DNA of 64,000 bases from the NCBI GenBank assembly GCA_000091205.1, contig AP006501.2. One strand, written 5' to 3'. Source of the stretch: Cyanidioschyzon merolae. Its lineage: Eukaryota. Position numbers and translations under genes: made by a program. A model generated the notes under the pieces. The model had not been told where the DNA came from and made no database searches. It was given only the letters and a program-made list of their open reading frames with translations. Position 1 is the stretch's first letter, and every line of letters starts with the position of its first letter. Below are positions 46,852 to 59,135 of this stretch, piece by piece.

Positions 46852-47677
46852 GTGTGCTATCGATGTGGATGGCATTTTCGGAGAATACGTAATTCGCCGT
46901 GTTCGATGACGAATTACCGGGAGTCGATCCTCGTTTTGCGATCGCTCCACAGTGATGCTGGTGAGCGACACAGTAGCTCCCGGCAATATTATTGATTCGG
47001 GTCGAGCGCCAGTCTTTTCAGAAATGTACAGGGTGCTATCCTGATGTTGCCAAAATCTGCTGCTGCTAGATTTATATACATGTGCTTTGGCACGGAGCGA
47101 TTTTCGCATCGAATTGCGGATTTCAGCCTATGAAGACGGTTCAGCTCGCTTGTGCCAACTCGACACAAATTTGGTCACTGCTGTGGGGCATACTTTTACG
47201 GCATTTGTGTAAAGGGCGAGGTCTCGCCACAATAGCTCTGCTGGGATCACAGTCAATGCTTTGATGCTAAACGGGCACCAGCGTCAGCACGGGCTGGAAA
47301 CGTGTATACCCTGGTACGCGGAACACAAGCGCACTGGGCGGGCTTCTCGCAAGTGCGAGTTTTCGCAGTCGCGGCCCTAGGTATCGAGATTTAGTTCGCC
47401 TTTGGAACCCGCCTCAGTTTGGCTGCGAGCCTTCGCCACCAATCCATGCTAGAAAGTCGGCGCTGCGGAGCCTGACAATACTTGCAGCTGCAACTCTGGC
47501 CGAATCTGCGCCGCACGAGGACGCTAGAAAGTTCGTTGATTGGGCGACGCAGGCAGCAGACTCTTCCAGATGCAACTGTCGTGTGCCCGGAAACCTGCTA
47601 AAATGTTGTGGAAGCTCTGCTCGGGCGTTTTCAAGAAATATTTCCATGCTTGGTGCATCTCCAACCGCGACATCGCA

Positions 47678-49099
47678 TCATGTGAGCTTGTCATGTTCGG
47701 GCTCAGTAAGAGGGAAAGCCTCAACAAGAGAACCTCCTTGATGCCAGCGGGGAGGCAAGCAGCGCTTAGTGCTCGATGAACTTTGCGCCCAGAGCAAGCG
47801 CATAGGGTACACACACAGACGCCCAGTGCAACAAAAACATTCCACGACCGTGTAGGGGTAATGAATACCCATGGGCAGACGCCTCCGGGCGTTTGTCGGC
47901 CCCTCCCCTGCTCCTGGCTTCAGCTTCTCTTTGTGCACTTCGACCATGACACACTGCCCTGCAAATTTGAGTAGTGTAAGCTCCTCGAGTCTCGTCCTCA
48001 GCACCGCATATCTTATGATATTGATGGCGTTGTTGAAGTCTCGGTTCACAAAGTCCATGCGCTTGTCGCTTCTGGTGGAACTTTGCAATGCGGGGAGTCT
48101 TCGAAATCGCGACCTCTATGCCGTTCGCGGCTTTGTCAGCTCGCCGTGCTTTTGTATCCTCAAAACGATCCGTTGGCTTTTCTCTGTCACAACTTTCTGG
48201 AGTGTCCACCTCAGCCCAATCTTTATATTTTGAAAATGAATGCACTTTTTTATGCAATTTGATGAGTACCTTTCCGAAGGGAGAAGAACTTGCGGAAGAA
48301 AGACCACATATGCCCTGGTGCCACCGTGTGCTGAACGCTTCAGTGGTTCGCCCAGTGGAGTGATCATAGCGTTTCACGACAGAAAACATTCCTTCCATGG
48401 TGTTGAGCCACGAGGTGTGCGGAGGAATCAAAAGCAGCGCTACCCCGATAGAATCGGCAAATGGTCGAATGCAAGGCGATGGTGAAATGCCGCGTTGTCC
48501 GGTAGAAAGACGTCGCCGGACGTCAGAGAACAGTCTTCAACGGTTCGACAATGTGAATGCAGCTGTGCGAGCCTTCTCTAAGAGCGAAGCTGAGGCGACC
48601 AAATGAATCCGCTGCATCTAGAGGAGATGATGGTATCCTCGTTCTCTACGAGTTCCATCGTTTTTAGAACGGGTTCCCTTCACCCCGAATATTTATGCAC
48701 ACTCCGCCGGCATCAACTGAAGGAATTCCGGGCGACTGAAGAAATAAAGCCACGTCACTGTGTATTATACCCATCAAGACGTTCCAGGAACGCTTTAGTT
48801 GCGATTTCGGTGGAAGATGGCTGCGCACGGACGAGGACTCGTTTTTTCGACCATATCTTAGTGTTTCCAGGACCACTCGAACAATATGTTGGGCAACAGA
48901 GACACCTGTAGTTCCTACTATCGCTGCTTTTGCTTTCCTTATGATGATAAACAGGTCGTTTTCTACCATTGATCGCAGGCAGTCTTCGAGAATATCGGTT
49001 TTTAACGCGGATCGCGAAACCTCCTTTGTTTCCGTATTCCTCAATCATCTGCCTACTGTGGTAGACTGACCTGAATGAGGAATGCAGGCCTCCTTGCAA
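47678..49099 (-). pseudogene. TnpB/Fanzor-like RuvC nuclease gene, copy C, degenerate (frameshifts; RuvC-I Asp replaced)
   Basis: RuvC-III-like MDFVNRDFNNAINIIR sits at about 48005-48052 (-). The RuvC-I region VLVRAQPSSTEIATKA aligns with VVGADPGDTNIIAIA of copy A, with the catalytic D changed to Q. A block at about 48310-48650 is roughly three-quarters identical by eye to copy B 21418-21760. Confidence 0.4.
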
Positions 49100-50362
49100 T
49101 GTTCAGTAAACAACGTATATCCGTCAGGCAACTCATCAACGATCTATACAGTCCAATGCATGGTGATGTGGATCGCCTCTTATCCACTTCAAAAAAGCAT
49201 TCAACGGCACGCAGCCGAGGTGAAACAGAAATGAGTTCAAGGTACGCTTCGTACGCGCGCCCTGCCTTTACAGCGTCGAGGATCGAACGCTATATTTTAT
49301 TACTTTTTTGTCGTTTTCTGTGTGTGTTCGAGGCAACGCTTGCTGGAGTTGAACTGAACGCTCAGATATGGCCCTTGGTCGTTTTCCAAGCTCGTACACA
49401 ACGAGCGCCGGCACCTCTAGAGGTAGCGGCGGGGCTGGCTTACTACCGTTCTCTCAAGAGCCGTTGGTTGAACCGCGCGTCCTACAGCGGGCGATTCAGA
49501 ACCGAATAACACGAAGGCGAATTCGTTTGGTTGGAGATTCACTCGTGCTTGTGTGCTCTGTTGCTGTAGCCGCTTCAATACTTGGGAGGACTTACCAACT
49601 GTACTCAGAAAGTAGTAATAGGTCGGCAAAGTAGAAAGTCGACGCCTCGCCTAGATCAGCATTTGCTGCAAAACTTTCGTTCTTGATGCGCGGCAGGTTG
49701 TTGCTGCTTTCATCCTGCTGTGCCTAGGCAACTCAACGGCTAAAGTATGTTGAACTATACGCGTTTATGTTTTTGTTGCTCGCGAGCTGGTTTTGCGAAC
49801 AAACCTGGTTTTTTCAGAATAGTTGAAGGATCGTTTGGAAGTAACACTCGTTCGTATCCATTCGAAGCAGATTCCGGTGCAGGGTGCCCACATGAAACAA
49901 TTCGTTCGCTTCGCATATTCCTGCTTCAGATGGAGTTCTGCCACGCCTCGACACAGAGGCGCGTTTCGAGTTCGGCAGAACTGGTCTGCGTTGCGACAGT
50001 ACACCCTGGAGTCGCAACTGGCATCGGAGGCATCTCGTAGGCGGTTGTTTTTCTGCCCGCGAAGTGAACGCTTCTGCTCCAAAGTCTTGGGTACCCAGAT
50101 TTCGACTGGAGTGTGAGCACTTCTCAGCGAGAGCGACATTTGGCCCCTGGTTCTCCATGAACTCGAGTAATCGTAGCTGATAGACATGTAAGTGCGGCGC
50201 TGGCTGTCTGGCGAGCGGAAAGCTGATGTATAGAGCGCGAGCCGTCTCTGTCAGTTAGCACTGACTTGGCATCTCTGCGTTCAGCCGATTCTCTTCTTCA
50301 ACTTTCACGAATGTCAGACTTAAATAGAATGATTCCGCACAGGGCACTTCAGCGCTTACACT

Positions 50363-51650
50363 AAAGTTTGGGTGTCCTCCTGCAATGACCTGCACCAGCC
50401 ATTGCGGTTATTTCTGCGACTGCCTCATTGCCCTCCCTCCTGTCTCTATAGCTCCGTTGCCAGCGGTCGAGGAATCCTGATCGCAGCGCCAAAGCTCCTA
50501 TTTCGAGGCTTCCGACTGTTGTCGATGCATTTTATAGGCGGACGGAGGTGGCGTTCTGCGCTTCGCTTGCCAATTTCATTTTCTTCGTGTATAGCCTCTG
50601 TGCGCCGTTCGTGGCGGTGACTCATGAGGCCGGCATCGTGTCCACAGCTGTCCGCGACACTTGCACCTTCGAGGACTTGCCTGCAGCGCGCGAACGCTTG
50701 TTTCATCGCTCGGCACATGCCCGATACTAGTTCAAGAGGTTCCCATAAATGCACGCTGTCGTTTCCGCACACAGTTTCTACTCTACGATCACCGGCCTCG
50801 TCGGGGCGATCCCGTCAGCGGCTGCGTCGTTCGATGCACACGCAGACGCACATTGTCTCGCACGATGAAGAGATTTGTGGAACGCGACGTAGTTCACGTT
50901 GTAACAGGTGCTCAGATGAAAACCTGGGCAGGAGAACAACTCGAAAACCTGCGACCTGTCTCTGCTCCCTTCGTGCACATTGATGACGCACTGCCCACCG
51001 AGCGCAATCGCTGTCACGACTGACGTCAGAGTCCACAGCGCTGTTCCATGCAAGACGGTGGCGACGGACGCCTCCGAGAGCACATCCCGTGAGAGGAATC
51101 ACGGTGGCGTCGACTGCCTTCTCATCGACGGCGACGAAGAGAGGGCCATTTGCTTTTCGAAGCGAATCGATGATTTGACGTGACAATTGCAGTGAACTTT
51201 CGGCATGAACTTTTTGTGAACAGGTCGTCAACGGCGGACGTCGAGTGATTCTCCACGCCAATGCCGCAGCGCGCATCGCTGCACCACAAGGTGGTATGGT
51301 ACAGTCGATCGAAACCTCTAACCATGCGCGATGTGAATATGCTTTACATGAGAAAATGCGAAGCGCCGATGTTGATGCGTACAAGTTGGATGATGATATC
51401 GGGTAAGGCACGAATCCGTGCTCGAGGGCGTCGCGAATGATGTCAATGACGATGACGTGACGAATACGAGCGGCAAAGCATCGAAAGAGCTACTCCGAGG
51501 ACACGATCCAGAATTCTGAAACTCTATATGAGTATGTAGTGCTTTATTGCTTCACTGTGAACGCCGAGGCTGTAAAGCGAAAGCGTCCGGACGGAATGAG
51601 AGAGAAAGGCGGGAACAGGGCAAACATTTCAGTATTCCATTTTACTCTGC
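50363..51650. repeat. Copy 2 of the 1.29-kb direct repeat (see 32004-33291); lies immediately upstream of Fanzor-like copy C on the same strand
   Basis: Near-identical to 32004-33291, with the same internal ORF (50815-51411 -). Confidence 0.9.
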
Positions 51651-51903
51651 CTCATTTTTGGGCCAGCGGGTTCACGCCCTGTCTCTAGACAGCGCCAAAA
51701 CCGACGTAATGAACGGATGCAATCGCCATGGAAGGAGCGTTGCCGAGCCTCCTAGTTTCACGATACTGCTCCCGGGCAGCGAGGACGCGCGAAAGGCGCA
51801 CTCGAGACGCAGCACGCACGTCAACGGTGCTCAGGTAGACGGGGGTGCAACCACCACGAACATAGCTTCATTAAACCCCACAAGTCCCCATTCCTTATCA
51901 CAA

Positions 51904-52299
51904 TCAAACACCGTGACGTAGTTTCACGAGCTCCTCGACGAGCTCAGGGGTCGTCTTTATACCGTGCTTCTGCAAGACGCCCTGGATGGCCTCTCTCTCC
52001 TGTGCAAGCTGCTCTTCAGTCGGAGCAACCTGGCGAGCCATCTTTGCTGCAAGCCGCTTCAGCACCAGTTCGTCCTCTTTACTAAAATACATATTCTCTT
52101 GGGATGTCTCGCGCTCCTGCCAGCGACGTCCAAGGCTCCCGGCTGCAATCCTGGATTCGTCGCTGCCGCCAGCGTAGTGGCGCCGAGTTTGTCTGGGTTC
52201 AGCAACTACAGCACGCTCGCTCCGCGCGGTCCAAACTGATCGCAACGCTTGCAAAGACCGCACCAGTTGTCGGTTCCAAATCGATGACCGGAGACTCAT
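51904..52299 (-). CDS. Possible mitochondrial F1-ATPase inhibitor IF1-like small protein with presequence
   Basis: MSLRSSIWNRQLVRSLQALRS is presequence-like. AGGSDESRIAAGSLGRRWQERETSQENMYFSKEDELVLKRLAAKM loosely resembles the IF1 inhibitory helix (G..GKREQAEEERYFR...L..LKK). This is a weak, by-eye call only. Confidence 0.3.
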   Translation of the reverse strand: MSLRSSIWNRQLVRSLQALRSVWTARSERAVVAEPRQTRRHYAGGSDESRIAAGSLGRRWQERETSQENMYFSKEDELVLKRLAAKMARQVAPTEEQLAQEREAIQGVLQKHGIKTTPELVEELVKLRHGV

Positions 52300-54067
52300 G
52301 ACACGGTGCTCTGTTGGATATATCGTCAACGCAGTTCTATGTGCAGCGCAGCGCTTCATCGAGAAGCGCCCGACGCGGTTGCACGATTCGCGTTTGTGTC
52401 GGGCTGCTGATCGTGGCTGAGCATCGTCCGCAAGCCCATGTACTAAATTTTTCTCCCAGATTGTAGAACGGAAGCGTTCATGTCGGACAATCTTCGAAGG
52501 CAAGTACGGGCGGTGATAAATGATAGAACTTGAGGGTATGGTTCAGAATGATAGACAGTCTCAAGGATTCCGATGATAATCACGTTGTAGGTGATCCGCT
52601 CGTTCGTGTCAACGAGAGCTTACCCACGAAAACACATTCGAGTCTAATGCGCTGGACGCGCATGCTCTGCCAATTTCTGGGACGCAGGTGTAATATCCCC
52701 AACATATCACAGACTACATTCTTACTCCCCGACGGAGGCCATCTGCAGAGAACCAGGCTCTACTCGTCGACAATCTGGGCACTCGCTGAGATATGCAGTA
52801 TTGCGCTTCACCGACAGCGCATCTTTGCGAACTGCGAAAACTGTCTCTCACAGCGCGGATCTGGAGCGTGCCTTTCGATGTAGACGGCTGAGTCCGCACA
52901 TGCCAGCGGCCGTGGGATGAGCAGGGACGTTGTTGCCTTGCTGCACAGACGCGAACCTGCCATCCAATTGGAAAGTGATTGCTGAGCTGCTCGGCGAACT
53001 GGGAATGTCCACTGCCGACACACTAGAGCTGAACGCCCTGGACAAGCACCGTCGGTACAGGATTGACGCTCCTGCGGAGTCGAACTGACAATATAGAACT
53101 GAATCCGAATCGGTGCAGGCATTTCTAGAGCGCGTCGCACCAAAAGCACGCTTCTCGGAAATGCATGGAGCACTCGAAAGTGACCGATAAGCACATCTGC
53201 GCGCTCTGGCGGCTACGTACGCTCCAGTCATGAATCGGAATCCTCTTTGTGCTTGTCATCCTGCTGCGTTCGCCTGATGCCCGCATCAGAAACGCGCCCC
53301 AAGACGATTACGCATCATCACAACGTCCAGATGCCGTCGTCCGAAGCTGAACAGCGCAGCGACGCTCGTCTGTGTATCATGTACGATTTACGACCAAGTC
53401 ACGCCACTGGGAACGCGGAACCTGCTGTCCGCTTCGTCACGAGTGCATACTGTATCGTGCCAGGGGCTACGGACGAAAAGCTTTCGTAGAGACGTTTCTC
53501 GGGCGCTTAGGATTCGACCAGGCACGAGTGATAATTTGTTTGGAGAGCGCTTGTGCAAGCACGGAGCAGACTGCTGTTTTCTCATGGGTTTACACTCGAA
53601 GCGTCGAAGACGCTGTTCTCCGGATTCGTGGACGCTGCCGGCTGACAGGGCACTCGCTTCATGTCAACTGCGGATACATATACTCGTTGCGCTGAGCGCG
53701 TGGAGTCCTCGCGTATTTTACGCGGCCTGAATAAACGAGTCTTGCCCCGTGTCTCTGGATTTTCCGGGTTTGTAGAATGGTTGATGCGAACCAGGAAACT
53801 CTATGCTGCGCGATATTTATCGGCATCCGGGAGAGCGCCCGACATGCTGTACTAGACCTTCAAGTTCTGAACAGCACCACCGCCAGTAGCTCCCTGCGGA
53901 AATGCTGGTTTATTCATATAATCCTTCGCGTGCCGAACACCTCTGTCGAAACGACTGGTGACGGTAACCGGGGCGCCAGGCATTCGCGGCACCAGAGCGT
54001 GCATCGCTGAAGTGCGCAGCGCTGCAGCTTCGTCAACGCTCCGCTAAAGTAAAACGGTTTAAGCGAC

Positions 54068-54523
54068 ATGGACAACGTAGATAGGAAAGCGGACGGATCT
54101 TCGCCCGCTAGCCAGTCTAGAGCGACCGTGGCGACAACAGCAAAAGAGCCGAAACCAGGGTTCCAGCAGCCGTTCGCCCGTGAGGACGCCCATAAGCTCC
54201 TTTCGCGGGCCAAGCTAGAGGCCCTGCTCGAAGAGGTGGCGCCCGGTGAGCGCCTGGACGACGACGTTGTGGCTCTCTTGCAAGAGCACATAGAGGACTT
54301 TGTGGAGAGTGCACTCGACTACGCATGTCGTCTGGCGAAACACCGCAAGAGTCGGACGATTGAAGCGCGGGACGTGCAGCTGTACCTGCAAAAGGCCTGG
54401 TGTCAGCGCGTGCCTGGCTATGGAGTTGAAGAGCGTGTTCGAAGACGAAGTGAGGTGCCGGCGCATGTCAAGCGAATGGCAGAGGCGCGCAAACAACGGA
54501 ACATTTACGCTTCAAGTCGTTGA
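54068..54523 (+). CDS. TAF12: TFIID subunit TAF12 (histone-fold)
   Basis: The histone-fold block KLLSRAKLEALLEEVAPGERLDDDVVALLQEHIEDFVESALDYACRLAKHRKSRTIEARDVQLYLQKAWCQRVPGYG is colinear with the TAF12 histone-fold (L..V...D..E.LD.DVE..LL...DDF.ESV...AC.LA.HRKS..LE.KDVQLHLER.W...IPGFG). Confidence 0.75.
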   Translation: MDNVDRKADGSSPASQSRATVATTAKEPKPGFQQPFAREDAHKLLSRAKLEALLEEVAPGERLDDDVVALLQEHIEDFVESALDYACRLAKHRKSRTIEARDVQLYLQKAWCQRVPGYGVEERVRRRSEVPAHVKRMAEARKQRNIYASSR

Positions 54524-54923
54524 GTGCAGCTGCTCGTGCACCACACCCGAACGCCTCAAGCTGCCGGCTCGTGTGTTGGCGTCTATGCTTCCGAATTAGA
54601 TCACTCTAAAGAATTTCATCATTTGGATGAGCGAGAGGAAACGCGAATGCATTTTTTTCCAGCTGCACATGCGGTGGTCTTTACGCGCTGGCGAAAGACC
54701 GTATGGGATCCATATGTTTTTGACTGCTGCTAAGAGCAACTGCACTGCACAGGCGGCGCGAAGACGGAGCAAAGCGAGTTCGCAAGATACGCCTCCTCGT
54801 GTGAACTAGCAACAGAGTCTAGTTCCAATCAGGGAACGTGCCCAGTTCCATACGGAACCATCTGTGGACCTCTGAGCACGCGCATACTGTGCAACCGGAA
54901 TGAGACTTGTTTTGCGCAAGCGA

Positions 54924-57371
54924 TTAGTCCTCGATTTCGTGCTCGTCTGCGGTGCGAGCGTGTAAAGGGTGACGCACTTCGGTGACACCTTGCCGCGACA
55001 TCTCGACGGAATTCAGTTTTGCGAGTTCGGATTCGGAAACCTTCCGCGCAACGAGATGTCTCTTCCAACGGAGAGATAGCCAGGCCGACTGACAGCGTTC
55101 AGGAGTGCTAAACTCTATAAAGTCAAAGCCATCCACATTGCGAGCGATGATGCTGTAGTTTCCGGCATGGGAGCGGAAGTCTTTCGACCACAGCGGCATG
55201 TCGTTCGAGGCATCGTTCGCCGCACCGCCGGTTGTTGAGCGCGGCCCGGTTCTAGCTGCCGGGATAAAGGGCGAAACGCGGACAGCGAGACAGCGACTAG
55301 CCCGGTCTCTCTCCTTTTTCAACTCCAAGAACTCCTTTTGCTGAACGACTTGGGTGAGAAGCGGTTTCGGTACGCGAGACACTCCATGCAGATGCGTAAC
55401 GACGACGTGGCGGTCTACGTGGCTCGCTGCCGAGCGGGTGTGGAGCTTGTAGTGCAGCGAGGCCAACTCATGCTGAGCTGCGCGCATGCGCGCGTTCGTT
55501 GCGTTGAGCGCCACAACCTGCCACCGTAACTGGGTCGCTGTTGCAACCATGCCAAGCAAGCGCTCCAGCTCGAGAAATTCCTCCCAGTGATTTCGAGCCA
55601 TCTCTAGCAGAAACAGAGAGTACGGTGTTTCTGCCTCAGCCTCCTGACCATCGCGCTTCCTATTCATTGTTGGACTCGATCCCGGACACGACTCCTCTCT
55701 GATATCTTCAACGACGACGCTGCCTCCGGTCCATACGGGAGCGCTGCAGGTACCTGCGACCTCGCCTGGGGTCGCGGCGGGTTCATTCGCATTCAGTTCT
55801 TTGCACACCGGCTGCGAGCGCGCAAATGCGTCTTCTGTTGGCCTGTCCGCCTCCATGGATACGTCCGATATACTCGGACCTGGACGCACCGCGGAGAGTG
55901 CACCTCCCTGATGCATCCCCGAGTGGCCGCACGGCAGCGCGCAGACTTGCCGTGTATCGGACATGGGCATTTCGCATGGATGTGTCGGATCGCCTTTGGT
56001 GCAGGAGTCGTCTGGGTTTCGCCAGTCGTGGCAGCGCCGCTTGCATCGATGGCGTCCACAGGGCAGCAGCTGATTGCAAGCTCTAAAACAGCGGAACGGC
56101 TTTGCACTGCACGGTATCTGACGGTGCTCTTTGTGACCTCCAATGCATTCACGTAGCACTAAATGTAGACATTTCGGACAATCACCTGCGTGACAACGGC
56201 CCAGCGCGCACGGATGTCGACATGGTCGTTCCTTTTGGCAGGGCGCATTGCATATCGGTGGCAGTGTACCGCATGGTACTGGAGGTTCAATGCGCTGTCT
56301 ACCGCAGGCACAAACAAGGGGCTCGTGCGACACAGTGGCGCACGGTGGACACGCGCCCTGGTGGCAACGCAATGGACATGGGTGCGAGCATCGTGCGGAG
56401 CGTCTGCCGTCGGCGGCGCGGTTGCAGCTCCGCATACATTCATGACGGGTATCATTACAGCATCGCTCACTGCACCGGTGACGGTTGCAGCTCAGAAGTT
56501 TCCCACACAGGCGATCGCACAGTAAAATCCCCGGATCATACGCTACGTCCATGAGATCGATGCAGGTCAGAGAGAAACGCTCTGAGCCGCATCGACAGTG
56601 ATGCTGGAGAATTTCAGTACAGACAACGGGCGAAGCGTGGCGCACTCCTGGGCAGCGCATCGGAAACGGCTGGTCGTGCAGAGCGCATTGCATCCATACG
56701 GTTTCGTCGCAGGCCTCGTCTTCGGCAGCAGCGCCGTTGTGCGCATTCATCGGATGACAGATTTTGCTACAGCGGTGTCCGCAGCTCTTTTCGAAGCCAC
56801 AAGGCCGACCACACTGGAGTCGTTCCGTACAGGTATCGACGAGCTGCTTGCGGTACTCAGCACAGCGATACGTAAACTTTTCACGTCCGCAGCGACATGA
56901 TACCTCGATTGTGCCTGGACATGGCGCGCATGGGCCTGGATGGCAAACTTGAGAACAACCCCCATGTATACATAGCTTTCTCCCACAACGACGCCCGCAC
57001 GAGTGCGCGTTCGCGCTTGGTGGTCGCCTCTGACCGTCCAGGACAACCTTACCACAGAAACAACGAGGCTCGAGCAGCAAAACCTGCCAAGTCTGACAAG
57101 CAGGGCAAGGGTACTCGTCTTGCACGTTCCTCTTCGCAACTTCGGGAACCTTTTTAGCCCAGCGCTGGAAACAGTTCCAGTGGACACAGTTCCCGCACTC
57201 ACAGCACGTGTGGATCGGCTCCGTTCGCCCTATCCGACATAGACAGATAACACACTCAAAAGTGCCTCTGTTCAGAGACTGCTGTAAGCTCTCGTCGACT
57301 TGAACAGACTCTCGGGAGCTCTGACAAGGCATGACTTGTATAGGACGTCCACGGAAACAAATAGAACCCAA
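54924..57371 (-). CDS. NFX1: NF-X1-type zinc-finger protein (NFX1/NFXL family) with N-terminal RING/PHD-like finger
   Basis: N-terminal CVICLCRIGRTEPIHTCCECGNCVHWNCFQRW is RING-like. It is followed by multiple C-x(1-6)-H-x-C-x3-C-H-x-G-x-C NF-X1 repeats (CGRRCGRKLCIHGGCSQVCHPGPC, CGRPCGFEKSCGHRCSKICH, and others). The track start is TTG, so the true start is uncertain. Confidence 0.85.
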   Translation of the reverse strand: MGSICFRGRPIQVMPCQSSRESVQVDESLQQSLNRGTFECVICLCRIGRTEPIHTCCECGNCVHWNCFQRWAKKVPEVAKRNVQDEYPCPACQTWQVLLLEPRCFCGKVVLDGQRRPPSANAHSCGRRCGRKLCIHGGCSQVCHPGPCAPCPGTIEVSCRCGREKFTYRCAEYRKQLVDTCTERLQCGRPCGFEKSCGHRCSKICHPMNAHNGAAAEDEACDETVWMQCALHDQPFPMRCPGVRHASPVVCTEILQHHCRCGSERFSLTCIDLMDVAYDPGILLCDRLCGKLLSCNRHRCSERCCNDTRHECMRSCNRAADGRRSARCSHPCPLRCHQGACPPCATVSHEPLVCACGRQRIEPPVPCGTLPPICNAPCQKERPCRHPCALGRCHAGDCPKCLHLVLRECIGGHKEHRQIPCSAKPFRCFRACNQLLPCGRHRCKRRCHDWRNPDDSCTKGDPTHPCEMPMSDTRQVCALPCGHSGMHQGGALSAVRPGPSISDVSMEADRPTEDAFARSQPVCKELNANEPAATPGEVAGTCSAPVWTGGSVVVEDIREESCPGSSPTMNRKRDGQEAEAETPYSLFLLEMARNHWEEFLELERLLGMVATATQLRWQVVALNATNARMRAAQHELASLHYKLHTRSAASHVDRHVVVTHLHGVSRVPKPLLTQVVQQKEFLELKKERDRASRCLAVRVSPFIPAARTGPRSTTGGAANDASNDMPLWSKDFRSHAGNYSIIARNVDGFDFIEFSTPERCQSAWLSLRWKRHLVARKVSESELAKLNSVEMSRQGVTEVRHPLHARTADEHEIED

Positions 57372-57926
57372 AACCCAAGCAAACCGTCACCGCCGCCAGT
57401 GTCTAGGCGACTGCCTGGCAACCGCGTACCGCTTTTGAGCGCGGCGAGCGGGTGCGCTTTTCGGCCGGGACGCGTGTCCGAGCGCGCATGCCAGCACAAC
57501 CCGCCAAGCGCTGCCGCCAGCGCGACCCGGACACGTGCGCAGGCCGTAGCGCTGCACGTGGAGGTACGTGGGACGCTATGTACCAGTTTTGCGCAGGATC
57601 AGGAGACTAGGAAAAGCGCAGCGCCTTTCCTACAGCGGGCAGTTAATCGCTGATGCAGCTGGCAGCGTACGTTTCCCAAGCTACGAACCTAGCTTCGCTA
57701 ATAGCCAGTAGCGTTCGCGCTCCCGGGAACTTTGGGTTTGATTCATCGATCTTATACCGAAAGAAAACTTATACAAGTGCACAGCGACTGATTTTCAGGC
57801 AAGCACCACACCGTTGAGGAGTAGCGAGCGTTCACTCCTGTCGGAAGCGGGTGCGGGCGTTTGAGCGTCTTGACACCGGGTGCGCGTAGGTGAAGCTCGT
57901 ACAGACTCCGGCTGTGGCAGGCCTTC

Positions 57927-59135
57927 ATGACCTTTGTGGAAGGGCTTTACGTGAGAAAATACCCTTATGAACACCAGCTGTGCCGTTTCTCGCGAGCGCT
58001 CTGCGTCTCAAGAGGAACGCGTTGCGGGCAAAGCGTGCGCAATCGTCGCGCATTTTCCCAGCTGACTTGTCTGTTCAGCGATCTGTTGGACTGGAGTGAA
58101 ACCGAAAATATCGTTGTGCACTGGGAAGCCGGTGAGCTTGCACGCGGCAGTTTTGGTGTAGTGTACGCTGGTGAACACCGCGGCACTGGGACCCCTGTGG
58201 TCATCAAAGCCGCACCAGCCGATGACGCCTTTGCGCGCTCCCTCCTCGAGACGGAGCGGTATATTAACCGCAAACTTAGAGACAAGGCTGCATCGAATGG
58301 GGTTGTAGAGTCGGTGGAGCCGTTTCGCTGGGCTCGTTACGTCGGCGATGTGCGGCTGCCGAATATGTCGCCACCGACGGCGGTAGCCCGCCAGTGTGCA
58401 CCGATGGCCCTCGTCTGGCAGAAAGAGGGTTCGGGTGAGACGCTCGAGGACTTCTTATCGGGAAAGCCTGCAGCGGCGCTTGCTCAAGCCCTCGGCACGA
58501 GCGATACATCGCCTGGGTCGGTGCGACTATTCCGCTCCACTTTCCGGCGCGTCGTTGGTGAGCTTCTCAAGGCGCTGGTACAGCTCCAGGAATGGGGTAT
58601 TATGCATCGAGACGTGAAACCGGCGAACATCTTGGTCGTGCCCCGAGCAGCGGATGATGCGCCCCTGAAACTCATTGACTTTGGTTCAGCTTGCGACTGG
58701 CGCTCCTTCTGGAAGCGTGGTTTCGATCCGGATCGAGCTACCTGTGACCCGCTCTATGCGGCACCGGAGCTGTTTATCTCTCCATTGAGACCAGATCGCT
58801 TCGATGTTTTCTCTGTTGGCCTCATTGGCCTGCGAGTCCTCGTGCCAACACTGCACAGTGAAGACCGCTTGCGAGAGTGCGTTACCCTACTGCGAACTCG
58901 TTACCAGTGGGACATAGAGGCCTGGGTCGCGGACCAGGTAAAGAAATCAGCGCGTAGCAGACCAGTGCTGCAAGCACTCAGCACCACAGACAACCTCGCT
59001 GAGCAGGTGGCACTCATTGCCGAGGATCCTGCGCTTTTGCAGCTTCTGCGTGCCATGTTGCGGGAGAGTCCTTTCGCTAGAGTGAGTGCTGGTCGAGCGC
59101 TTGAGCTTTACAACTTTGATGCCGCGCTATACTAA
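57927..59135 (+). CDS. Ser/Thr protein kinase
   Basis: VIKAAP (VAIK-like Lys), catalytic loop HRDVKPANILV, DFGSA (DFG motif) and APE in YAAPE. Subfamily unresolved; an STN7/8-like kinase is possible but not supported further. Confidence 0.75.
   Translation: MTFVEGLYVRKYPYEHQLCRFSRALCVSRGTRCGQSVRNRRAFSQLTCLFSDLLDWSETENIVVHWEAGELARGSFGVVYAGEHRGTGTPVVIKAAPADDAFARSLLETERYINRKLRDKAASNGVVESVEPFRWARYVGDVRLPNMSPPTAVARQCAPMALVWQKEGSGETLEDFLSGKPAAALAQALGTSDTSPGSVRLFRSTFRRVVGELLKALVQLQEWGIMHRDVKPANILVVPRAADDAPLKLIDFGSACDWRSFWKRGFDPDRATCDPLYAAPELFISPLRPDRFDVFSVGLIGLRVLVPTLHSEDRLRECVTLLRTRYQWDIEAWVADQVKKSARSRPVLQALSTTDNLAEQVALIAEDPALLQLLRAMLRESPFARVSAGRALELYNFDAALY

Noticed and set aside
32004-51650. LTR-retrotransposon interpretation of the two 1.29-kb direct repeats
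   Set aside because: The 17 kb between them encodes host genes (ESF1, MRPL47, others) and shows no gag, RT, RNase H or integrase signatures. The repeats instead carry a fragment of the TnpB/Fanzor-like family.
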